64,000 bases of DNA from an uncultured Bacteroidales bacterium (GCA_963808745.1 CAWEGX010000012.1:86720-150719), one strand, 5' to 3'. Counted from the first letter of the stretch, positions 1 through 10,947 are shown. The notes: a model not told the origin generated them from the letters alone. Numbers and translations: made by a program.

Positions 1-454
1 CCTTGCCCGTAGGAATCCTGCCCCCGTTGATGTAAGTAGTCCATGCCCCCTTATCTTCGCGTGCGTCAATGGCAACTACAACAAACTGGCTGCCAAAATT
101 ACGGGCCATCTGATCAATCAGGCCGGGATTCCGGAGAGCGGCTGAATTGATGGAAACCTTATCGGCACCTGCAGCCAGCAGATTTTCAATGTCGTCCAAT
201 TCTCCAATCCCACCCCCAACAGTGAAGGGAATGTTAAGGTGATGGGCAATGCGTTTTACCAGGTGAACGAATGTTTTACGGCCTTCATGGCTGGCAGTGA
301 TATCAAGGAAGACCAGTTCATCCGCTCCCTGTGAGGCATACATCGCACCCAGTTCCACTGGATCACCCACTTCACGGATATTTACAAAATTGATACCCTT
401 CACGGTTTGTCCGTTTCGCACATCAAGGCAGGGGATGATTCTTTTAGCTAACAT
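1..454 (-). CDS. hisF: Imidazole glycerol phosphate synthase cyclase subunit (5' part; runs off window)
   Basis: Manual translation from ATG at 454: [23 protein letters not shown]...[13 protein letters not shown]...IPFTVGGGI...[11 protein letters not shown]; downstream of hisA. Confidence 0.96.
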   Translation of the reverse strand, partial: MLAKRIIPCLDVRNGQTVKGINFVNIREVGDPVELGAMYASQGADELVFLDITASHEGRKTFVHLVKRIAHHLNIPFTVGGGIGELDDIENLLAAGADKVSINSAALRNPGLIDQMARNFGSQFVVVAIDAREDKGAWTTYINGGRIPTGK

Positions 455-463
455 GGTTTCTGA

Positions 464-520
464 AATCGGTATTCGGTATCGATAATCGGTATTCGGTAAT
501 CGGTGTTCGGTAATCAGTAA
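464..520. repeat. Degenerate heptamer tandem repeat (TAATCGG/TATTCGG)n
   Basis: atcggtattcggtatcgataatcggtattcggtaatcggtgttcggtaatcagtaa between hisA and hisF. Confidence 0.85.
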
Positions 521-533
521 ATGGAATAACGTT

Positions 534-561
534 GTAGAGACAAGGCATTGCCTTGTCTGTA
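534..561 (+). repeat. REP-like palindrome with GTAG foot
   Basis: GTAG-AGACAAGGCA-T-TGCCTTGTCT-GTA: GTAG tetranucleotide followed by a 10-bp stem. Confidence 0.7.
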
Positions 562-583
562 AGAATTCCAGCATTTCAAATGC

Positions 584-615
584 AATCGTAAATCGTAAAT
601 CGTAAATCGTAAATC
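584..615. repeat. Heptamer tandem repeat (AATCGTA)4
   Basis: Four perfect copies abutting the hisA stop codon. Confidence 0.9.
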
Positions 616-1336
616 AATTAAGAAACTCCCTTAATTCTTCCAGTTTAATATTTCCCTCATACAGCGCCTTGCCAATGATCGCACCGGTAACACCGGATTC
701 ATTCAGGGTATGGATCTCTTTCACCGAAGTGATACCACCGCTGGCAATGATCTGCATACCTGAAAACTTCCCGACCATCTCCTTATACAAATCGACTGAA
801 GATCCTTCAAGCATGCCATCTTTAGAAATATCAGTACATAATACCTGTTTAACGCCCATATCTTTATACTGCTTCAAAAAATCGAAAAGATCAATGGCTG
901 TTGTATCTGTCCATCCTGAAACTGCTATTTTTCCGTTTCTGGCATCCGCAGCGAGAATAATTTTCTGAGGCCCATATGCAAAAAGCCAGCTTTCAAACAA
1001 ATCCGGATCGGATACTGCAATACTGCCGATAACCGCCATCGCGGCACCACTGTCGAGCACAACTTTCAGATCCTGGTCGGATTTAATACCACCCCCAAAA
1101 TCCACGATCAAACTGGTACGTGATACAATCCTTTCCAATGTATTCCAGTTGACGATCTGTTTTGCGACTGCCCCGTCGAGATCCACGACATGGAGCCGGC
1201 GGATCCCAAAATCCTCAAAACGCTTTGCAACGGTAAGCGGATCTTCTTCATATACTTTTTTTAACCTGTAATCCCCCTGTTCAAGACGGACGCACTTGCC
1301 ATCCATGATATCTATGGCCGGAATTATTGTAATCAT
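614..1336 (-). CDS. hisA: ProFAR isomerase
   Basis: IIPAIDIMDGKCVRLEQGDY, HVVDLDGA, DFGGGI, TDISKDGMLEG, ASGGI, GKALYEG. Confidence 0.97.
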   Translation of the reverse strand: MITIIPAIDIMDGKCVRLEQGDYRLKKVYEEDPLTVAKRFEDFGIRRLHVVDLDGAVAKQIVNWNTLERIVSRTSLIVDFGGGIKSDQDLKVVLDSGAAMAVIGSIAVSDPDLFESWLFAYGPQKIILAADARNGKIAVSGWTDTTAIDLFDFLKQYKDMGVKQVLCTDISKDGMLEGSSVDLYKEMVGKFSGMQIIASGGITSVKEIHTLNESGVTGAIIGKALYEGNIKLEELREFLN

Positions 1337-1932
1337 AAATCAATAAAGTTTTTAAGGATTTGTGAACCTGTTTTTCCGCTTTTTTCCGGATGAAATTGTG
1401 TTGCATAAAAATTATGGTGATGCAGAGCTGCACTGAATGTTTCAGGGTAATTGCAGCTTGCAATTGTATCTTTACCTGCAGCAGCATAATAGCTGTGAAC
1501 GAAATACGCGTGCTCATTTTCAGCTATACCGCGAAAGAGATCAGTTTTGAGATTAAAGATATTGTTCCATCCCATATGGGGCACTTTTAACTTTTCCTCA
1601 TTCTCTCCGGGCGGGGCAAACTTCTTTACCGTCTCCTCAAAAATTCCCATGCATGGTGTATCATTTTCCTCCGAATATTTGCACATCAGCTGAAGTCCCA
1701 GGCAGATTCCCAAAACAGGTTGTTTCAAATCAGGGATAAGCAGGTTGAGCTTTTTTTCAGAAAGATATTTCATCGTAGTATTAGCCTCACCCACACCCGG
1801 AAATATCACCTTGTCAGCAGCCCGGATAAGTTCCGGATCGTCTGTCACCTCCGCCCTTATGCCCAATCGCTGAAGGGCATAATCCACTGACATGATGTTG
1901 CCCGCGTTATATTTTATGATGACTACTTTCAT
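1333..1932 (-). CDS. hisH: IGP synthase glutamine amidotransferase subunit
   Basis: YNAGN, FPGVG, LGICLGLQ, VPHMGWN, YFVHSY, QFHPEKS. Confidence 0.97.
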   Translation of the reverse strand: MKVVIIKYNAGNIMSVDYALQRLGIRAEVTDDPELIRAADKVIFPGVGEANTTMKYLSEKKLNLLIPDLKQPVLGICLGLQLMCKYSEENDTPCMGIFEETVKKFAPPGENEEKLKVPHMGWNNIFNLKTDLFRGIAENEHAYFVHSYYAAAGKDTIASCNYPETFSAALHHHNFYATQFHPEKSGKTGSQILKNFIDL

Positions 1933-1941
1933 TTTCCTGAC

Positions 1942-1999
1942 CGTAAATCGTAAATCGCAAATCGTGCAAATCGTAATTCGTAAATCGTAAATCGTAAAT
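1942..1999. repeat. Heptamer tandem repeat (CGTAAAT)n, about 8 imperfect copies
   Basis: cgtaaatcgtaaatcgcaaatcgtgcaaatcgtaattcgtaaatcgtaaatcgtaaat between purU and hisH. Confidence 0.88.
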
Positions 2000-2036
2000 T
2001 TCTACAATACCTTACGCGCTCTGTGCAAAAACAAAT

Positions 2037-2906
2037 TTAGTTAAAAACCACCGTCCTGTTATTATATACCAGGATCCGACGCTGTAAATGCATTAAAATC
2101 GCCCTTGACAGTACCAGTTTCTCCACATCCTTGCCTTTCATGATCAGCCTGTCGATTGAATCACGATGTGTAATTCTGACTATATCCTGGTCAATGATCG
2201 GACCCGAATCCAGGTCAGACGTCACATAATGACTTGTGGCACCGATGATCTTTACTCCCCGCTGGTAGGCAGAATGATAGGGCTTGGCCCCCGGGAAAGC
2301 AGGAAGAAAGGAGTGATGTATGTTGATGATCTTATTCGGATAATGGTTGATGAAGTTTTCGCTGATTATCTGCATATACCTGGCCAGAACAACGAATGTA
2401 ATACCGTGATTTTTAAGCAACTCAAGTTCACGACGTTCCGCATCTTCGCGGTTATGCTCGTTTTTTTCCACCAGGTGAAAATCAATCCCAAATTGTTTTG
2501 AAACAGGTTCCAGGTCGCGATGGTTGCTGATAATCAGTGGAATGTCAACATCCCATTCCCCGGAATGAAACCTTGATAAAATATCATACAGGCAATGGGA
2601 TAATTTGGAAACGAAAATGGCCATCCGTGGTCGCTGATCACTGAAATAGATGTTCCAGGTCATGTTGAATTTGGCAGCGATCAGGGTACCGAAAAAATCT
2701 GCGATCTTTTCCTGGGGAATCAGAAATCCATTCAATTCCCATTCAATGCGCATGTAGAATATCTTGTCGAGCCTGTCTACATGTTCATCCAGGGTTATGA
2801 TATTCCCCTGGTTATTATTGATAAATTCTGTAACATCCGCAACGATCCCTTTCTGATCATTGCAATGCATCAGCAGAATGGCTGAATTATTGTTTGCTTT
2901 CGTCAT
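2037..2906 (-). CDS. purU: Formyltetrahydrofolate deformylase
   Basis: N-terminal ACT domain (CNDQKGIVA); VLARYMQI, INIHHSFLPAFPGAKPY, GVKIIGATSHYVTSDLDSGPII. Confidence 0.95.
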   Translation of the reverse strand: MTKANNNSAILLMHCNDQKGIVADVTEFINNNQGNIITLDEHVDRLDKIFYMRIEWELNGFLIPQEKIADFFGTLIAAKFNMTWNIYFSDQRPRMAIFVSKLSHCLYDILSRFHSGEWDVDIPLIISNHRDLEPVSKQFGIDFHLVEKNEHNREDAERRELELLKNHGITFVVLARYMQIISENFINHYPNKIINIHHSFLPAFPGAKPYHSAYQRGVKIIGATSHYVTSDLDSGPIIDQDIVRITHRDSIDRLIMKGKDVEKLVLSRAILMHLQRRILVYNNRTVVFN

Positions 2907-2908
2907 TT

Positions 2909-4024
2909 TTACAGGGTTCCTTTTGTTGTTGGCAGTTCATAGCTGAATACATCCCGTTTTATGGCCATTTTTATTGCCCTTGCGAGGGCCTTGAAAATTG
3001 CTTCTATTTTGTGATGTTCGTTTGTTCCACTGGCTGATATATTCAGGTTACAGCGGGCAGCGTCAGAAAATGATTTGAAGAAATGCATGAACATCTCAGT
3101 TGGCATTTCCCCTATTTTCTCACGTTTGAAGTCGGCATCCCATACAAGCCAAGGCCTGCCTCCAAAATCGATCAGCACCTGGGCCAGGCAGTCATCCATG
3201 GGAAGAGCATATCCATATCTTTCCATTCCCCTCTTATTACCCAGGGCAAGGTAAAAGGCCTCACCAAGAGAAATAGCGGCATCTTCAATTGTATGGTGCT
3301 CATCTACATGCAGGTCCCCTTTAACCGTCAGTTCCAGGTCACAGCCTGAATGCCTTGCCAGCTGACTGATCATATGATCAAAAAATCCAAGTCCGGTTGA
3401 TAATTGATATTTTCCTGTACCATCCAGGTTAAGATCCACGGTAATTTCTGTTTCACCGGTTTTTCTTTCTACATGGGCGCTTCTTATGCCAAGGGCTATC
3501 TTTTTGAATATATCGTCCCAGTCATTTGTTACAAGGGAACAATAACTGATAATCTCATCAGCAAATTTTTCGGGATGTGGTGTATAAAGAATGACACGTG
3601 CACCCAGATTCCTGGCCAGCTCCACATCGTTGCGGCGGTCTCCGACCACCCAGGAATTGGCCAGGTCATAGTCCCCGTTCATATATTCGCCAAGCATACC
3701 CAGTCCGGGTTTGCGGGTAGGTGCCTTATCTGCAGAAAAAGTGCGGTCTACCAGGATGTTATCGAATTGTATGCCTTCATTTTCGAATGCCTTGAGCATT
3801 TTTTTCTGAACCAGGTTAAAATGGGCTTCAGGATAGCCAGAAGTTCCCAGTCCATCCTGGTTTGTCACGATCACCAATTCGAAATCGAGGTACTTGCGGA
3901 TGAAATGCAGATTCCTGAAAACGCCCGGCATATATTCCAGTTTTTCAAGCGAATCTACCTGAAAATCATCGGGAGGTTCATGAATGAGCGTGCCGTCTCT
4001 GTCCACAAAAATAACTTTCTTCAT
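2909..4024 (-). CDS. hisB: Bifunctional histidinol-phosphatase/IGP dehydratase
   Basis: HAD motif DRDGT, TNQDG; IGPD motifs [25 protein letters not shown]. Confidence 0.97.
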   Translation of the reverse strand: MKKVIFVDRDGTLIHEPPDDFQVDSLEKLEYMPGVFRNLHFIRKYLDFELVIVTNQDGLGTSGYPEAHFNLVQKKMLKAFENEGIQFDNILVDRTFSADKAPTRKPGLGMLGEYMNGDYDLANSWVVGDRRNDVELARNLGARVILYTPHPEKFADEIISYCSLVTNDWDDIFKKIALGIRSAHVERKTGETEITVDLNLDGTGKYQLSTGLGFFDHMISQLARHSGCDLELTVKGDLHVDEHHTIEDAAISLGEAFYLALGNKRGMERYGYALPMDDCLAQVLIDFGGRPWLVWDADFKREKIGEMPTEMFMHFFKSFSDAARCNLNISASGTNEHHKIEAIFKALARAIKMAIKRDVFSYELPTTKGTL

Positions 4025-4036
4025 TCCTGCTCTGAT

Positions 4037-5068
4037 TTAATATTTATTTAATGCACTGATCAGCATTCCGTTCTCTTCCGAAGTTCCCACGGTAATGCGA
4101 AGATATCCCTCGCAAAGGGTAATTTTCGACCGGTCACGGACGATGATCTTTCTGTCAATTAAAAAGTTAAATACCTTCTTCGGATCATCAAATTTTACCA
4201 TCAGAAAATTGGCATCGGCGGGCAAAATATTTCTGACCATTGAAAACCTGCTCAACTGGCTGTACAACAAATTTCGCTGTTCGAGTATCTGATTAACCCA
4301 TTTATCCTTGTTCTCCATGCTATCCAAATGTTCAAGTGCCACTTTCTGGGTGAGGATATTTACATTGTAGGGATACTTTATCCGGTTTAACACCCCGATT
4401 ATATCGATGTCAGCGAATGCCATGCCCAGCCGGATTCCTGCCATTCCCCATGCCTTGCTGAATGTTTGAAGGATAACCAGGTTTGAATAGGCCTTCAATT
4501 GTGCTGCCATTGAGGGATGGATTGAAAAATCAATATAGGCTTCATCTAAAATGACAAGTCCCTTGAACTGCTTTACAAGCTGCAGTATATCATCGGCATC
4601 CAGGCTATTTGACGTTGGATTATTCGGTGAGCAAAGGAACATCAGTTTGCTGTGGTCGTCGGCAAGGTCAGTCAGTTGCTGCACATTTACCTGGAAGTGC
4701 TCATTTAACAATGATTCACGATATTCAACGCCACTGATATCGGCACAAACCTTATACATTCCATACGTTGGCTTTATGGCCAGGATATTATCCTCGCCCG
4801 GTTCGCAAAACGCACGGATGAGAAGGTCGATGGCCTCGTCGCTGCCATTGCCCAAAAATATATTTTCCGGAGCCACACCCTTGATTTCCGAGATCCTTTT
4901 CTTCAGCTTGATCTGAAGCGGATCAGGATACCGGTTAAACGGACTGTTATATGGATTTTCATTGGCATCCAGGAATACAGCTTCCTCACCCTTGTATTCA
5001 TCACGGGCAGATGAATACGGCGTAAGTGACCTGATGTTATTACGCAATAAAGAGCTAATATCAGCCAT
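4037..5068 (-). CDS. hisC: Histidinol-phosphate aminotransferase
   Basis: DANENP, NRYPD, GNGSDEAI, CSPNNPT, DEAY, TFSKAWGMAGIRLG. Confidence 0.97.
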   Translation of the reverse strand: MADISSLLRNNIRSLTPYSSARDEYKGEEAVFLDANENPYNSPFNRYPDPLQIKLKKRISEIKGVAPENIFLGNGSDEAIDLLIRAFCEPGEDNILAIKPTYGMYKVCADISGVEYRESLLNEHFQVNVQQLTDLADDHSKLMFLCSPNNPTSNSLDADDILQLVKQFKGLVILDEAYIDFSIHPSMAAQLKAYSNLVILQTFSKAWGMAGIRLGMAFADIDIIGVLNRIKYPYNVNILTQKVALEHLDSMENKDKWVNQILEQRNLLYSQLSRFSMVRNILPADANFLMVKFDDPKKVFNFLIDRKIIVRDRSKITLCEGYLRITVGTSEENGMLISALNKY

Positions 5069-6347
5069 GATCTTTTTTTAATCGTGTGTTTACGGCATTA
5101 CTGTGTGCCTGCAATTCCTCGCTCTCAGCCATCTTCATAATCGTGGGACTAAGGTATTCCAAACCCTGCCGGGTAATATGCTGAAAGGTGATCTTCTTTA
5201 CAAAATTATCCAGATTTACCCCATTGTATGCCTTGGCATAACCATTGGTAGGCAGGGTATGATTGGTTCCGGAAGCATAATCACCGGCGCTTTCAGGAGT
5301 ATAATGCCCGATGAAAACGGAACCGGCATTGATAATGCTGTCTGCCACAATTTCAGCATCATCCGTGGCTATGATCAGGTGTTCAGGAGCATAATCATTC
5401 ACCATGTTCGTTATTTCCTTAATATCCTTTAAGATAATGATGCGGCTATGCTCAAGGGATCGGCTGGCAATTTCCCTGCGGGGAAGCTTTTCCAGTTGTT
5501 TTGTAACTTCTTCCTTTACAAGGGATGCCATATCCTCACTCACCGTGAACAGCAATACCTGGCTATCTGCGCCATGTTCAGCCTGAGACAATAAATCCGA
5601 AGCAACAAATGCCGGGATGGAGGTGTCATCTGCAATCACTGCCAGTTCCGAGGGCCCGGCAGGCATGTCAATAGCGGTGTCACCCTGTGCAACGATTTTT
5701 TTGGCAGCAGTTACAAATTGGTTACCCGGACCGAAAATTTTATACACCCTGGGAACAGATTCGGTGCCGAATGCCATGGCGGCTATTGCCTGGGCACCGC
5801 CGATTTTGAATACATCAGAAACACCTGTCAGTCGTGCTGCGTAAAGTACAGCCGGATGAATCCTGCCATTCCTTCCGGGAGGCGAACAGAGCACTATATC
5901 TTTACAACCGGCAATACGTGCAGGAATGGCAAGCATCAGCACTGTGGAAAACAATGGGGCAGACCCGCCGGGTATGTATAATCCCACTTTTTCAATAGCC
6001 ACCGGTTTTTGCCAGCAGGTAACCCCCGGAGCAGTCTCTGTCCTCTCTGAACCTGTTTGCTGCGAACGATGAAAAATCTCGATGTGATGTGAGGCAACCG
6101 CTATTGCTTTTTTCAGGTCGTTATCCACCAGGTTGGCAGCTTCAAGAAATTCCTTCTGCGAAACGCGGAGGGAGGAGAGGGTGACATGATCAAATTTTTC
6201 AGTATATTCATACAATGCGCGATCCCCGTTTTGTCGCACATTTTCAATGACCGGCATTACAATGGCATTCATATCCTGGCCGGAAAGAGCGGGCCGTTTT
6301 AAAATTTCCTGCCAGGTTGATTTATGCGGATACCGAATAATTAACAT
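5061..6347 (-). CDS. hisD: Histidinol dehydrogenase
   Basis: GLYIPGG, GGAQAIAA, FGPGN, AGPSE, DLLSQAEH, APEHL, GDYASGTNHTLPT. Confidence 0.97.
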   Translation of the reverse strand: MLIIRYPHKSTWQEILKRPALSGQDMNAIVMPVIENVRQNGDRALYEYTEKFDHVTLSSLRVSQKEFLEAANLVDNDLKKAIAVASHHIEIFHRSQQTGSERTETAPGVTCWQKPVAIEKVGLYIPGGSAPLFSTVLMLAIPARIAGCKDIVLCSPPGRNGRIHPAVLYAARLTGVSDVFKIGGAQAIAAMAFGTESVPRVYKIFGPGNQFVTAAKKIVAQGDTAIDMPAGPSELAVIADDTSIPAFVASDLLSQAEHGADSQVLLFTVSEDMASLVKEEVTKQLEKLPRREIASRSLEHSRIIILKDIKEITNMVNDYAPEHLIIATDDAEIVADSIINAGSVFIGHYTPESAGDYASGTNHTLPTNGYAKAYNGVNLDNFVKKITFQHITRQGLEYLSPTIMKMAESEELQAHSNAVNTRLKKDHG

Positions 6348-6358
6348 AGGTCAATTTT

Positions 6359-7219
6359 TTAGGTGATCATCTTCTCAATGGGAATCACAAGAATACCCTG
6401 GGCCCCATATTCCTTCAATTTTCCGATTATATCCCAGAATTCATTTTCGTTCACCACCGAATGTACTGAACTCCATCCCTTTTCATACAGTGGCAAAACC
6501 GTTGGGCTTTTCATTCCGGGCAGCAATTTCACAATTTGTTCCAGGTTTTCATTGGGTGCATTCAGCAGGATGTATTTGTTGTTTTTGGACCGTCGAACAG
6601 CCTGAAAGCGGAAAAGCAGATCCCTCAGGATTTTTTCCTTTGCAGGAATCATTCCTGGTGTAGCAATGACAACAGCTTCAGATTTTGCAACAACTTCCAC
6701 TTCTTTAAGCCTGTTATGAAGGAGTGTACTTCCGGTGCTTACTATATCAAATATGGCATCAGCCAGACCAATGCCCGGAGCTATTTCCACTGATCCACTG
6801 ATCTCATGGATATCCGCTTTCAGATTATTCTTTTCAAGCCATTTGCCTAAAATGTGGGAGTAGGAGGTAGCGATCCTTTTATTATTGAAATAAGTCAACC
6901 CATTGTAATCGTCTGATTGAGGAATGGCAAGGGATAACCTGCACCTGGCAAAGCCCAGCCTTTCAACGATTTCCACCTTCCGGTTTTTTTCCATTACCTC
7001 GTTTTCACCCACGATGCCAATATCAGCAACCCCGTCTGCAACATATTGGGGAATATCATCATCTCGCAGATAGAGGATCTCAATGGGGAAATTTTCACCC
7101 AGGGATATCAACTTTCTTTTGCTGTCCTGGTTATGGCGCACCCCTGATTCTTCAATTAATTCAAGTGATTTTTCGCTTAGGCGACCTTCTTTTTGTATGG
7201 CAATCTTCAGTTTATTCAT
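6359..7219 (-). CDS. hisG: ATP phosphoribosyltransferase (long form)
   Basis: IAIQKEGRL, RDDDIP, IATSY, GSVEIAP, DIVSTGSTL; C-terminal regulatory domain PGMKSPT. Confidence 0.97.
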   Translation of the reverse strand: MNKLKIAIQKEGRLSEKSLELIEESGVRHNQDSKRKLISLGENFPIEILYLRDDDIPQYVADGVADIGIVGENEVMEKNRKVEIVERLGFARCRLSLAIPQSDDYNGLTYFNNKRIATSYSHILGKWLEKNNLKADIHEISGSVEIAPGIGLADAIFDIVSTGSTLLHNRLKEVEVVAKSEAVVIATPGMIPAKEKILRDLLFRFQAVRRSKNNKYILLNAPNENLEQIVKLLPGMKSPTVLPLYEKGWSSVHSVVNENEFWDIIGKLKEYGAQGILVIPIEKMIT

Positions 7220-7239
7220 TTTTTCCGTTCAATAAATGT

Positions 7240-7271
7240 AAAAAAAAAGGGTTTGCAGTATTGCAAACCCT
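7240..7271 (-). terminator. his attenuator rho-independent terminator
   Basis: Minus strand AGGGTTTGCA-ATAC-TGCAAACCCT followed by a T8 tract, 20 nt upstream of the hisG start. Confidence 0.9.
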
Positions 7272-7311
7272 GAATATATCTTCATGTACACATACTGCAT
7301 CTGTCCATATT

Positions 7312-7353
7312 TTACGGGTGATGATGATGATGATGTGTACGGTTGAATTTCAT
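7312..7353 (-). CDS. hisL: his operon leader peptide MKFNRTHHHHHHP
   Basis: ATG AAA TTC AAC CGT ACA CAT CAT CAT CAT CAT CAC CCG TAA directly upstream of the terminator and hisG. Confidence 0.92.
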   Translation of the reverse strand: MKFNRTHHHHHHP

Positions 7354-7420
7354 ATTTATAATTTTCTACTGCAATATTACAACATTATTTTGAATTTTAA
7401 AAAAAAATCTATTGCAGGGA

Positions 7421-7460
7421 AGATCTATTGCCGTCAGCTTAAGCTGACGGCAATAAATCT
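7421..7460. repeat. 40-bp palindrome (REP-like or transcript-end hairpin)
   Basis: AGATCTATTGCCGTCAGCTT|AAGCTGACGGCAATAAATCT; central 30 bp perfect, just past the RND gene stop. Confidence 0.75.
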
Positions 7461-7468
7461 ATTTAAAA

Positions 7469-10400
7469 TTACTGCAGTGACTGCAAAAATAATTCTTTCC
7501 GGCTTTCTCTTTTCAGTTTTCTATAATGTGCCTTTTTTGTCCTTCTGATTTTCCAGGTATGAATAAGCTTATACATTACCGGAATAAATATCAGGGTCAG
7601 GACTGTTGCAAAAGATAATCCGAAAATGATCGTCCATGCCAGGGGTCCGAAAAACTGTTTAGTATCGCTGCCAAAATGAATATGTGGTTGATATTCAGTC
7701 AATAAGGTGGCGAAATTGATATTAAACCCAAATGCAAGCGGAACCAGCCCCAGGATGGTAGCAGTGGCAGTTAGAACAATTGGTGTGATCCTTATCTTGC
7801 CGGCTTCAATGATGGCTTCCCGGGTTCGCACCCCTTCGGCCTTCAGCTTATCGGTAAATTCAACCAGTAATATTCCGTTCCTGACTACAATACCTGCAAG
7901 CGCCACAACACCCATACCGGTCATAATTACGGAGAAGTCCATTTTGAAAATGGTAAAGCCAAGCAATACACCAATGATACTGAAGATTACTTCGGAAATG
8001 ATAATGACGGGTTTGCTCAGTGAATTGAACTGTGTGATCAGGATGAATAATACAAGACACAGTGAGAGAAACATCGCCTTGCTCAGGAATATCATATTAT
8101 CGGCCTGATCCTGTTGTTCACCCGTTATCTTAATCTCGGTTCCCTGGGGTTTTACAAAATTTACCAGTAAAACCTTAATCCGGGCGTTCACTTCATTTGA
8201 AGTGTATCCCGACAGGAGGTTTGAAGAAACCGTGATCACCCTTTTCAGGTCCTTACGGTTAATACCACCATAGGTATTCTGGTATTTTACCGTGGCAACC
8301 GATGATAAAGGAATGCTCTTTACCCGGCCTGTTACCATATCCATAAAGGTGATCTTCAGGTTCATCAGCCGATCGATATTGTCACGTGAATACTCATTAT
8401 ACCTAAGCTGCACGGGGTACTGATCTTCCTGTTCACGGTATTTTGTCACCTCGGTGCCGAGAATGGCTGTACGAAGTTCACTACCTATCTGTGCAGTACT
8501 GATTCCTTCACGATTGGCACGGATCCTGTCAACATCCACAATTAACTCCGGCTTCCGGTCTTCAAAGTCCATTTTCAGATCTTCAATTCCTGGTACCTTC
8601 AGGGAATCAATAAACCGTATGAGACGATTTGAAGTAACGATGAGCTCATCAAGGTTCTCACTCGACACTTCAATATTAATCGGCTTTCCAACCGGTGGTC
8701 CCATGTTTTCTTTATCAACCGTAATTTCCGCGCCGGGTATATCCCTTACGGCATTTCGGATTTTATCCATGTAGGGGGTCGTTTTTGTCCCACGCCTCTT
8801 TGCAAATTCTACAAAATTAATGGTGATCTTACCCAGGTTGGATGTAATGGTTGCTGAACTAAACATGTCAGTAGAAGCTCCAAGCGCAACGTTCGATATT
8901 ACTGATTCAACAATCGGATTATCCTTGCCGAGAATATCAAATACCCTGTCTTCTACTATTTTAGTTACGGAATCAGTTACCTGAACATCCGTACCCACAG
9001 GCATTTTTATACTTACAAATAGGGAAGCAGGATCACTGTCCGGGAAAAAGACCAATTTGCTGCTGCCTGCATTAAAAATAAAGATGGTGACCACAAAAAG
9101 TGCAATCAATTCCCAAAGCAGCCGCTGTGGTCGTTTACCTTTTAAAGCCCAGCGCAGTGCTTTTTCATAAGCGGTCATCATGCGCGGAAGAGCATTTAGC
9201 TGGAAGCGCAGCAGTACCTTATACATAAACAGATTATGCAGCACATAACTGATTGCAATGAATAATCCCAGGTTGGCCAGTCCAATGAAAAACTTGCTGT
9301 GCATAGCAAAACCAGGAAGGAAAAAGAAGGCAGAGATCAGTGCAATGATAATTCCTGTTTTGTAGATATGTTTTTTGTCGCGTACTTCTTCTAATCCTTC
9401 TTCATCTGCTTTCATAAAAGTTACTGCAAAAACCGGATTAAAGAGATAAGCGATTATAAGTGAAGCGATCAGTGTGATGATCAATGTAACAGGAATGTAG
9501 TACATGAACTTCCCCACCACACCCGGCCAGAATGCCAGTGGAAAGAAGGGAGCAAGGGTGGTCAATGTACCTGAAAGAATGGGTACAAATACTTCCCCCG
9601 CCGCCGCCTTGGCTGAGTTGGTTATATCCATTCCTGTTTTCTTGAAAATGCGGTGGGTATTTTCAATAACCACAATGGCATCATCTACCACAATTCCAAG
9701 TGCAAAAATGAAGGAGAACATCACGAGCATGTTCAGTGTGAAGTCAAAGGCAGGAAGCACGATGTAGGCAAGCGCCATGGACAACGGCACAGAAAAACCG
9801 ACAAATATTGCATTTGTGAGGCCCATGAAGAACATCAGCACAATGGTCACCAGGATAAATCCGATGATAATAGTGTTATTGAGTTCCTTCAGGATAATAT
9901 TGGTGTAGTAGGACTGATCACCGGAAACAACAATATTCAGATCGCGGGGGAGATCATTTTTCTTCATTTCATCAATGATCACCTTAATCTGGTCAGCTGC
10001 ATTTATAAGGTTGGTACCGCTTTTTTTCACCACATTCAGGGTAATTACATTTTTCCCGGCCAACCGCGCAAAACTTTCTGCCTTTTTGCGGGCATCCTTG
10101 ATTTCAGCAATATCCGAAAGTCGCACAACAGCTCCACTGGAAGAGATCAGGCTGATGTTCTTTATCACGTCTACATTGGCAAATTCACCCACTACACGCA
10201 CAGACCTGCTCATACCTTCCATATCAATGCTTCCGCCTGAAACAGTCATATTTTCATAGGCGATCGCATTTTGAATATCACGGAAAGTGACCATCGCAGC
10301 CTGCATTTTGAACATATCCACATCCACCTGGATTTCACGGTCAAGAGCACCTACTACATCCACACGGGTGACCTCGGGAACGGTTTCAATACGATCCTGC

Positions 10401-10901
10401 ATTTTATCTGCATATTGCTTCAGGTTGTCCAGGCTATAATCTCCGGAAACGTTGATATACATGATCGGGATCTGGGAAAAATCAATTTCATCGACTGATG
10501 GTTGACGGAGAAGATCATTGGGCAGGTCAGTTTGTAGTTTTGTCCACAGCATCCTTCACCCTTTGCTTTGCTTCGGGAATATCGATGCCTGTGTTAAACT
10601 CAACGATGATCATGGAAAAATCCTGTACCGAACTGCTCGTTATTTGCTTGACATCCTCAATGGATTTCATGTTTTTTTCCAGGGGCCGTGTGATGAAGTT
10701 TTCCATATCGGCGGGAGATGTGCCGGAATAAAACGTATTCACCATAATATAGGGAATAACTATCTCAGGAATTTGTTCCTTGGCAATTGTAGAATAACTG
10801 ATAAAACCATAGGCGGCCAGGATAAATGCCAGGACGTACATGCTGGTTTTATTATTGATGGCCCAGCTGGTGGGCTTAAATTGTTTATATTTCTCAATCA
10901 T
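7469..10901 (-). CDS. Efflux RND transporter permease subunit (AcrB family); one frameshift near 10535
   Basis: ORFs 10527..10901 and 7469..10552 join; GIVVDDAIVVIEN, GIVVRNGILLVEF, RITPIVLTA motifs. Confidence 0.92.
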
Positions 10902-10947
10902 GGTTTATTGAATATGAATGTAAAAACCTGCAATCATGTGGGTGAAT

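Noticed and set aside
7165-7548. Plus-strand ORF containing MMMMM
   Set aside because: Antisense shadow of the His-codon run in the leader peptide
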